Shown here piece by piece: positions 18,869 to 30,800 of a stretch of 64,000 bases of DNA (position 1 is its first letter; every line of letters starts with the position of its first letter). Source of the stretch: a virus. The stretch lies in the IMG/VR virus record IMGVR_UViG_3300029787_005266, positions 1 through 64,000 of that record, one strand, 5' to 3'. The notes beneath the pieces were generated by a model that was not told where the DNA came from, did not search any database, and worked only from the letters and a program-made list of their open reading frames with translations. A program made the translations under genes and the position numbers.

Positions 18869-21800
18869 ATGGGTAAGAGCACACGCAAATCGCAAACTCT
18901 GTTACCTGAAGTCTTCCAAACCAATAAAAACAAAGACTTTTTAACAGCTACTCTGGACCAATTGATTGAGCCAACCAAGACACAGAAGTTATCATCTTAT
19001 ATAGGACATACAACAATACCCTCGTACAAGGCAACGGATGGGTATGTAACAGAACTTACTGATGACAGAACCAATTATCAATTAGAGCCAGCAACACTTT
19101 ATAAATCAAATGGAATAGATGTTGACTTCGCGGCCCCATACATTGATGTAATCAATGATATTGAAGCACAAGGTGGTTCAAAAATTAAACATGACAGATT
19201 GTTAGCGAATCAAACATACTCTTATGCTCCACCTATTGACCATGACAAATTTGTAAACTATAGAGAATACTTTTGGATAGCACAAGGATTATCACCAATC
19301 AGATTACAACCAGGCACGCCTGGAGCAACTATCGAATTCGATGTTGAAAATAACGCCAGTGGGGCATATGTGTTCAGTCATAAGACTGCAAATAATCCTG
19401 ACATTATTGTTTACAAAGGAAACACATATAAATTTAACGTTGATGCTTTAGGACATCCATTTTCGATTAAGTCACAGTACGGTACTGGTACACAAGACAT
19501 GCTGGATGAACCTATGGTTGAAAATAATGGTGCAGACAGTGGCACTGTTACATTGAATGTGCCAGCAAGTGATTCTAGTACACAATATCCTACAATAATT
19601 TTTTATCAGTGTCAAAATCACATTGGAATGAAAGGAAGAATTATTATTAGAGATCTTGCAGATGAAGATTTTGACCCAGAAGAAAATTTAATAGGCACAA
19701 CAGGGTTTACTGATTATACTGGATTAGCAATTACAAACGGATTGCCTGTCAGTATAGGTACTGATGTTACAGAAACATATAAAAATAAAACATATTATAT
19801 AGAAGGTGTAGGCACATCAACGACACTGACAGCAGAAAGTGAAATTAGAACTTATGGTACATGGGCACAAGAAATAGGTGCAATTTTTGATGAAGGTGGC
19901 ACAGAAGGATTTGATACAACAGGCTGGGATAATTCAACCGGCCAATTGGTTGCTGTTGATTATTGGACGATTAATAGATCAGCACGTGACAGAAATGCTT
20001 GGTCGAGATCAAATAGATGGTTTCACAAAGATGTAATTGCACTTTGCAATGGAAAAAATAACTATGCTATTCCAATTTCGGAAAATCAAAGAGCAAAGAG
20101 ACCTATTATAGAGTTTGAAGCAGGTTTGAATTTATACAATCATGGATACACTCATAGGCTAGTTGATGTTGTTGACACACAGGTTACTGATGCTCTGTCA
20201 CTTGTAAGTGGAACGATAGGATTTATTTCAGATGGCACTGTGTTGCGTGAAGATGATTTGGTTGTGTTCACACAAGATACTAAGCAAAAAAACAAAATTT
20301 TCAAGGTGAAATTTTATGAATTAGGAGATTCCACTGCAGGCAATCCTTCGAGAATTCATTTACAAATTGTAGATGATTCTACAGCAATAGCAGATGGTAC
20401 TTCTATCGTAGGAACACGCGGTAATAACCAAGGAATAGCTTACCATTATTCATCTGAAGATTACATATGGACCAAATCGCAACAGAAGACAAGTGTACAG
20501 CAAAAACCTTTATTTGATGTCTTCACAGATACACAAATATCATTATCTAATTTAGATACATTTATTTCTACAGACTTTGTAGGATCCACTGTGTTTGAAA
20601 TCAACACTGATGATTCACAAGGCACACCAGACACTATCTATGGTACAAATGTGATATACTCGCGACTAGGATTATTGAGTGACATGCAAGTAAATGACAC
20701 TTTCAATACTGACACTATCACTTATGTACAAGGCACAGCACCAGTGTCTGAAAACATTAAAAAATATTATCTTAGAAAAACAAATCAATATGGCGAACAA
20801 GAATTACTTACAAATTACAGAATTACCAAAGCAGATGGTAAACAACGAGTAGTAGAACAATATGTTGCTACTGCTGACCAAAATCAATTCGAAGTAGGAT
20901 CGTATCAGGATCCAAACTCACTAACTGATCTAACATTGTTGGTGTTTGTGAATGGAATCAAAACAACAGCATATACCACAGAGGCAGGTGTGCAAGGCAA
21001 ATTGTTTGTAAAATTAAACACAGGGTCTACACAAGACGACATAGTCACAATCAAATCACATTCAACAGTTGGTATCAGAACCTTGAGTGGATATTATGAA
21101 GTTGCTCCTGCGGCACAAAACAATCCATTGAATGAAAGTGTTGGCACATTAACAATTGGTGATTATGGAAAACATTGGTATTCTGCATTAGAAGAAGTAG
21201 ATGCGTTGACAGGAAACATAGTTGGTGCAAATAATTCACGTGATATCAAAGAAATCATTCAACGTGGAACAAAAATTGTGCAACATGAAGGAAGTATGCC
21301 TTTGGCTTCTTTATTCTTACGTGACGACACAGTCAACATTGTAGAATCTTGGAGAAAGACAGGTATAGATTACGAACAATTCAAATCTAACATTTTAAGA
21401 AAAGCAGAAACACTTGTAATGACAGAGTCTGCATCAAAAAACCTTGATATAATTTTAGATGAAATTAACGCAAACAAAAATTCAAGTTTTGCTTATTATG
21501 ATTCAGATATGATTGCATATGGTGATGACAAGACAACACTGTCATACACAGTGGTTGATCCTGCAGTTACTTTGTATCCTATTACATCTGCATTTGATCT
21601 TACTGCATTATCTCAAAAAGCAATTTACATATATGTGAATGGTACGCAATTGGTACATGGACGTGATTATGAATTTGTTGGACTTGACGACTCTGCTAAC
21701 TTTATAGGTTTTGAAATAAAATCTGCTTTAGCAACTGATGACAAAATCACTGTAGATGAGCATGACACAACAAATGGATCGTTTGTACCTACAACACCTA

Positions 21801-24800
21801 GTAAACTAGGACTTGCTCCGGTATATGAACCAACACTAGAAAATGATGACATCTATCTGAACGAAGATTCTTCAACAGGTGGATTATTGACTATTAAAGG
21901 ACATGATGGGAGCAGAACTATTGGATTTGGCGACTTTAGGGATGATATTTTATTAGAGTTTGAAAGAAGAATATACAATAACATTAAAATTACTCATAAT
22001 CCTGAAGCAGTTGAATTTTCTTATGGCAGATTCAAAACTAATCCGTACACCCGTACAGAAGTAATCAATGCATATGCACGTGATTTTTATTATTGGACTG
22101 GGACAAATGGCATTGATTATGTGTCCAACGACATTTATCAAAATGGTGAACCATTCACATGGAACTATTCAGACTATTCTAAAACAATCAATAGAACAAC
22201 AGACAGTGATCCATTACCTGGACATTGGCGTGGTGTGTACTTGGAATATTTTGATACTGTGTCTCCACACTCTACTCCATGGGAAATGTTCGGCTTCGGA
22301 GCAAAACCTGGTTGGTGGGATGACAGATATGGACCAGCACCATACACAAGTGGCAACAATGTTTTATGGAATGATGTAGCAAGAGGCACAATAGCATTTG
22401 GTGACAGAGCGGGCACATACAACAAATACAAACGTCCTGATGTGTATTCTGTAATTCCTGTAAGTGAAAATGGAGACTTAGTGGCTCCACCCAATGCTGG
22501 ACTATTAACTGATGATACTATTAACTCACTAAATTTATCACGCAAATGGTCATATGGTGATATGGGTCCAGCTGAATGGGCATGGCGGTCATCATCATCA
22601 TGGAGATTCGCTGAACAAATAGCAAAATTCTTAGCACACCCTGTGAAGTACGCAGGAGTATTTTTTGACATATCAAGGAATAACACAAATGCAATAGGGC
22701 AAAAGATATACAACAATGAATACAGACAATCACCATCGAATTATGTGCTTCCATCAACGGCTCAAACTGCAGGTTATATTAATGTAATTCACGACTATGT
22801 AAAATCGCAAGGATTAAGCGGCACAGCAATAGAAGTAAGATTACAAAATTTAAGTGTACAGTTGGTTTATAAATTGGCAGGATATTCAAACAAACAAAAT
22901 TTAGAAGTCAAACTTTCTTCATCTTCTCCTTTGTCGACGAACCAATCAGTGTTTACACCAAAAGAAAATTATAATTTGATATTACATAAATCTGCTCCAA
23001 CTTCTGTGTCTAACTATTCAGGTGTAATTGTTGAAAAATCAACAAACGGATACAAAGTGAGTGGATATTCAAACTTTAATCGTGCGTTTAAAATTTATGC
23101 TCCTATCACCACACGTGATGCCAATGTCATTGCAGTAGGACAAACCACTGACTCGTTTTCAGAATGGCAACCTGGAGGTTCTTATGCTAAAGGCTGGATA
23201 GTAAGAAATGCTGGAATATTTTATAGAGCATTAAATGGAGTATCATCTGGTGATACTTTTGAAGAAAGCAATTGGTCAGAAATTGGAGCAGTTTTACCAC
23301 TGAAAGGCGGAGTCAGTGCAAACAAATTTACTAATTACCACACAAACATTACCACAGTGCCATATGGTACAGAATACACAAGTGTTCAAGACCTTGCAAA
23401 CTTTGTATACGGATATGATCAATATCTGCAAAGTATAGGATTTGTGTTTGATGAATATTCAACTGATTTAGAATTGACAATGGATTGGGATTTGTCAGTC
23501 AAAGAAATTTTATTTTGGACTACACAGAACTGGTCAAATGGTTCTGTTTTATCTGTATCACCAGCCAGTTCACAATTGACACATGTAAGACCTGCATCAA
23601 TAGGCGATGATCTGGTGCAAGGTGATAGATTTTACACTGTATTACAGCAAGATGGATTGCCTATTATTCCTAAAAATTTAAGAGTAAGCAGAGCAGATGG
23701 ACAATTAGTAATTGGTACTAATCCTAATGAAGATGGAATCTATAATGCTGATATTCGTACAGTACAAAAAGAACATTTATTGGTGCTTGATAATTTGACA
23801 TCATTCAAAGATGTCATATATGATATTGAACTTGGTGCAAGACAAGAAAGATTAAAATTAGTAGGATTCAAAACAGCAGACTGGCAAGGAGATTTATATT
23901 CACCTGGTTTTATTATTGACAGAGCACAAATATCTGATTGGGAACAATACAAAGATTATAAAATTGGTGACGTAGTAACGTACCAGGGAAATACATATGT
24001 TGCAAAATATAGTCATACATCTACAAATAACTTTGATGCTGTACAGTTTGCAGTCAAAACTACACCTGTTCCTGATATCATTAATAACTTAGACAACAAG
24101 GCTGAATCGTTTAGAGATTTTTATTCTTTAGACACTGAAAATTTTGATGCTGAACAACAAAAATATGCCCAGCACTTGATAGGATACCAAAAACGTGATT
24201 ATCTAGTAAACTTAGGATTTGAAGAAGCAACGCAATATAAATTGTATCAAGGATTCATACGAGACAAAGGTACAAATCAAATCATAGATAAAATTTCATT
24301 GCCTACCCAATTCGGCCAAAACGCAACATTCTCTCTGTATGAGGATTGGATGATAAGGATTGGAGAATATGGTGGACACAGAACAAAAAATCAATACGCA
24401 TGGCCAGTAGACGGCAAAAATCATACCGAGCTTCAGCATGTATATCAAATCACAGATGCTAGTAAAGATGATACTGGTGTGGTGTTAAATGTTGCTAATA
24501 ATAAATTTAACAGACGTCCTTATGAAATTCCAGCAGAAAAGTTTGCTGAGTACTCATATGATAGTTCAAATTATCCGTCCAACATATTCAAAATGGGCAC
24601 AGCAGGATATCCTCAAGTTGACCAAGTAGACTTCACGGTGTGGAACACTACTGATATGACTACACTAGATGTTGACACATTCAAAGAAGGAACCACAATT
24701 TGGATAGCAAACACACCAGCAGGAGACTGGGATGTGAGACGTGTAAATTTAACTAACAATTTAATTTTGTCTTACATACAATTTGATGATAAAGTCCAAT

Positions 24801-27800
24801 TTACTACAACTGAACAACATGGTCTGAATGCCGGTGACTTCATTGCAATATTAAACTTTGGTACACAAGCTGACGGGGTGTACGAAATATCTTTACCTTT
24901 AGATTCTACTGACACTGCATATAAATTTACAATCACTTTTGAAGGTACTCTAGATAGTTCAAGTCTGGACGGAGACCTTGCTAAAATTCAAACTATTCGA
25001 ACTGCCGACATTGATAATTTGCAGGCCATTACACCTATCAAAGGATGGCAAACCGGGGATTATGTTTATGTGGACAATGCATATGAAACCAATGGCGGCA
25101 GTTGGAAAGTGTGGCAACGTGATGCATTGGGTGTGTTCACTTTTGAAGATGCATTAGGAATCAACACAGACCTAGCTGATAAGAAAAATGACAATGAAGA
25201 ATTTGGTGGCAATCTTGCTTTATCAACAGACACCAGATATCTTGCAGTCACGGCAAAAGGAGCAGAAAGAGTATTGATATATAATAGACCAAAATCATCA
25301 GATGATATATCTATGTACACACAGATTGTTCCTGGCATAAAAAACACAGCAGGTGACGACGCAGATGAATTTGGAACTTCTGTTGCTATTACTGACGATG
25401 GCGGAATAATTTTAGTTGGGGCACCCAACACACAAGACATAGTCAAAATGACAGCACCTAATCCTTCACCAGACAGCACAAGATCATTTGCTAGAGGACA
25501 AAGTATAATAGGTGGCGACACTGGAGCAACTGGTACAGTCATGCGTTACGAAGAAGGAGAAACGCAAGATACATTCTTTGTAAAAGTAACCAGCGGCATT
25601 GACTTTGATGACAGTACACTGAATGCAAATGACTCATCATCTGTATCAATCATTGACAAAATAATTACCGATGGTGATAGAACTGCCCAAGGTACTGTAA
25701 ATGTGATTACACAAGATACACAGAAACAATTTGCCATATCAGCAAACCTTATTTCACCAAACCTTAAATCAGGAGAACGTTTTGGAGAAACAGTTGGCAT
25801 ATCAGGTGATGGAGAATGGATAGTAGTTGGGGCACCAGGAGGACCAAATGACTCAACACTTGCTGATCAAGGACAAGTCTATGTGTTCAAAAGAGGTATA
25901 TCGGATTCAACAGGTTTAGCACAATATGATCATTGGCAAACTTTGGCGCCTAATACATTGTCACAAGTAGGAGCAAGATTCGGTGAAACCTTACAAATAT
26001 CTAATGATGGTTCTGTAATTGCTGTTGGAGTAAAACTATATGATGATAGCACATTAGCAGATCAAGGTATTGTGTTTGTGTGGAAAAAATCCGGAGCCAC
26101 ATATATTGAAGTAGAAAATCTAAGGCAAGACACTGCCCAAGCAAATACAAAATTTGGTACATCAATTCAATTGAGTGGAGATGGTACAGATTTATTAATT
26201 GGATGTCCACGTGAGACAGTTACACAACCTAATCAAGGCACAGTGTATCATTACATTAACCAAACATCAACACATACTGGTGATGGTTCTACGACAGCTT
26301 TTGTGCCAACATTTACAGTAGAAAAATACACAAGATTATATGTAAGCACAGGCACAAACAACTGGGCCTTTGATGATTCATCATCTCCACTATCAACAAC
26401 TTATCATGTAGATGAAGCAACTAATACAGTCACTCTTTCATCTACTCCAGCATTAGGTGACACAGTGATTATTTCACAGTACCAGAAAGCACAAAAGATT
26501 GTGTCACAACCTGCTGAAGTTGAAGGACAATTTGGAACCACTGTTGCATTAAGTGGCAACAACTTAGCCGTGTACTCGGCAAATGGAAATAATACTAGAA
26601 TCACAACATTTGATAAATTTATGGACGATGGTTCTACTGAATTAAAAGAAACAACATTTGATGCTGGAGGCACAAGTTTCTCTGCCACTGTGTTGGATAC
26701 AGGATCGGTTCAATTATATTCTAAATATGATACATCATATTTGCACAATGAAACATTATCATATGCAGGAGCGACACTTAATGATTCATTTGGACAAGCA
26801 TTAGCAATCAGCAGTCAAAATGTTTATGTTGGAGCACCTGGAGTTGAAGTGGTTGCTAACGATAGTTCTACTAGAGCAGATGCAGGCCAAGTGTATTACT
26901 ATGCAAAAACAAGCACATCAGATTATTGGACTGAAAAAGTTACACAAAACGGTTTAATGAATCCAAATTTGGTTGAGAAAACATTCATGTACACTAGAGT
27001 GAATAATCAAAAGATTATAGACATGCCACGGATAGATCCTGCCAAAGGTTTATTTTTTGCTGAAATAGAAGAAAACATAAGATACAAAACACCTTTTGAT
27101 CCTGCAAATTATGATTCTTGGAACGATGAACATGTAGGTGAAGTTTGGTTAGATACAAAGCAACTTAAATTTTTATGGTATGAACAAGGAGAGTTAGAAC
27201 AAAGACTTTTAAACTGGGGGAAAATACATCCTGCAAGTGTTGTATCAGTAAAAGAATGGGTGCGAAGCATTTATACTCCTACAAATTACAACATATTATC
27301 AGCAACAGTTGAAGGCCAACAACAAGATATCACAGGCACAGCACAAACAAATTTTGTTACACAGAATGTTTTTGACGATGTAAAAAATACGTTTGTTGAA
27401 AGATATTTTTACTGGGTAGAAAAATCTTCTACAGTACCTGCAGTTGACAATAGATCTATCTCTACGGCACAAATTGCCAGCACAATTGAAGATCCAAAAT
27501 CATATACTGAAAATTTCAGTGCTGTCGTTGACTCTAATGCAGTTTTATTAAGTATCCAGCCAAGTGTGTTGACAAATAAAAATATTGCTTTTCATATTGA
27601 AAGCACTACAGACACTGACCCAATTCAAGCACATGAAGAGTATGTATTGTTATCAGAAGGTGATCCAAACGTTTCTTTGCCAAAAGATCTTGTACAAAAA
27701 TATCACGATTCATTAGTTGGTGTAGATGTAAATGGTAGAACAGTGCCTGATTTAGACTTCCCGGAAGACATGCGTTTTGGTACATTGAATAGACCTAGAC

Positions 27801-30800
27801 AATCAATATTCAAAAATAGATTGAATGCACTGGAAACTGTGGTTAAATTTATCAACACAAGATTGATATTACAACCATACGCAACACTGGTTGACTTGAG
27901 TTTGATGACTGCATCGGATCCTATTCCTAACATACTATTAGGTGGCTACGATCAAATAGTTGACACTGACATAGACTTAGCCTATATCAATACAGAATCA
28001 TTTATAGCTGGTCGCAAAGTGTTAGTCACAACAGATTCTTTGGTACAAGGATGGGCAATTTACAATTATGATGGCGAACAATTTATCAGAGAGCGTAACC
28101 AACAGTTTGATACAAATAGATATTGGTCATATGCTGATTATTATGCTAATGGCTACTCATCTTTCACAGTGCCAGATATTATTGTAGCAGACGAAAAGGC
28201 AAAAAAACAACTGTCATCTGATATAGGACAAATTGTTAAAGTCAAGTCATCTTACAATGGGGCTTTTAGATTATATGTTACCACAGCAGATGGATATGAT
28301 ATTGTAGGAATTGGCAATGGCACAATTCAATTGGATGCTTCTTTGTATGATTACGCAAGTACATCTAGAGGATTTGGTGGCGAAGCATATGACTCTTTAA
28401 CATTCGATGAAGAAGCAGTTCAAGAACTAAGAAATATTCTACAGGCAATTAATTCGTTTGAAGAAAGTTCAGACTTTGATGCGTCAGAAGTATTCTTCAC
28501 TGCGATCAAAGTTGCACTGGCTCAAGATCCTGGAGCAGACTGGGTTGTTAAATCATCATTTGTCAAAAAAACAAACGAAATAGAATCAATATCTACCCAA
28601 TCTGAATTCCAATTAGATGTGTCAAACTCAGTTGATGCTTTCTTTGATGAAGTACTTCCATACAAGACACAAGTGCGTGATGATGTTAGCAAATATGGCA
28701 TCAAAGAAACAATGGAAGGCGACTTCACTGACTTTGACAATCCTACGTATTGGGACAGCGACCTAGGAAAATATGTTACTCCGACAGTTGTAGCAGGTGA
28801 CTCAACTTACTTCGATGTGTATGAAAATAATCCACACAAATTTTTCTCTGACAATTACAAATACAAAATTGTTGAAATTGCTGTAGACAAAGGCGGAGCA
28901 GGATACACAGTTGCTCCTAACATAACAATATCTGGAGGTGGAGGTTCGGGCACAGTTGCAAAAGCAAATATTCAAAACGGAGCTATTTCTAGTGTAAAAG
29001 TTATTACTCAAGGCACAGGTTATTCTACTAATCCAACAATTACCTTAACAGGCGGTGGCGGAGGTGTTACAGAAGAAGCAAAAATACGTGCGGTGCTTAC
29101 AAATAACAAAACAAGAAAACTTAATGAAACAATCAAGTTTGACAGAGTAGCAGGCAACCATGCACTTGCTGGTGGCCCAGCAAGTATAAAGACTTGGACA
29201 AAAGATACAGTATTTGCTCAAGGTGACAACATCAGATATGAAAACGAAATATATCGTGCAATATATTCATTCAAATCCGGAGCCAAATTTGATGATGATG
29301 TGTTACTAGACGACTCTACAAACAACAATGATTCGTCAACAGCAAATCGTTATCAAGCTTTAGCATTATGGACAGCGGCTGACAGAATTCATGCTTTCTA
29401 CGAACCAACAACTAATATGCCTGGTTTGATAGGAGATGGATCAACCACAATAAATGCATATGCACAACTGATGACTGGATTAGAATATCCAGGAACCAGA
29501 TTACGTGCGACTACATTCCAAGCTGGTGAAGGATACGATGAAGCAAACTTTGATGTATTAGCATATGACAAAGCTACTGATGATCCATATGCTGATGCTG
29601 ATACATTGACTGATTTGGATTTAGTTGTTGATTCAAAAACATTCACAACAAATTTAGGAATGCGTCCAGAAGATATCAATGTTGTAGGTGACGCATTTAT
29701 TTCTGAGTATTCCGCTCACGCACCAGAAGAAGTTTTACCAGGCGGTGTGTACGATACAATGGATATGAAAGTGTTTACAAGATCAACTGATGGAGCAAGT
29801 ATTATACAAAAGAGAAATTATTATGGTGATGGATCAACAGTGTCATTTGCAATTCCAGAACCAAAAGCTCTAGAAGGTATTAGAGTGTTTATAAATGATC
29901 ATTTCAAAGCACAAACTACTGATTACACTGTGGATTATAAAGCACAAACAATTACATTTACAACAGCTCCAGAAACAAATTCAATAATAAAAATTGTTGT
30001 AATTGGGGTATCAACTGATGACCTATTAGGCAAGTTTCAAGTTGAAGCAGATGGATCAACCACAGCATTTGATATCAATGTTGCATTCCATTTAATAAAA
30101 CAAACTTACGTGTTGGTGAATGGTGTCAAAACATCTCACACAATATCACAAACATCAAATGCAAGAACAACAACGGTAACATTTTCTTCTGCTCCTGCCG
30201 ATGATGCTATTATAGATGTGTACGCATTTGATTTGCCAGCATCTACAAAAGCATTTTCTGAAGTTGATCAAACAGAATACTCATTACCAACAGACTCTAC
30301 AGAAATTAAAATTCAACTAACAACACTTCCGGGAGCGTTTGGACCATTCCATCACAAAGTTTTTGTTGAAGGAGTCAGTGGAGACAATAATGGCACTGGT
30401 CGATACAAGTTGACACCACCACAGGTCAAATACTACACAGGTGATGACACAAGTACCGTTTACTTGTTGCCAGACGAACCTATTGGTAGTAATTTGGCAA
30501 CACCAAGCAACATTGAAGTTTACAAAAATGGAGTCAAATTATCTTTGGCCGAATACCAACTGCAATTTAATGCACAAAACAAAGGTGTAATAAACTTTAA
30601 CACAGCACCAACAACTACTGACAATCTTGCCATAGTGCTTCTGTTAGGCATGGATTATACAGTTGATCTAGATGGAACACTTACACTACATGGCGATTGG
30701 TCAGATGGCAGTACAATGCATAATGAAAAAATCATCGTGACCACATTTAACAATCATGATCAAATGACCATGCGTACAGAAGTATTCACAGGAGCAACAG

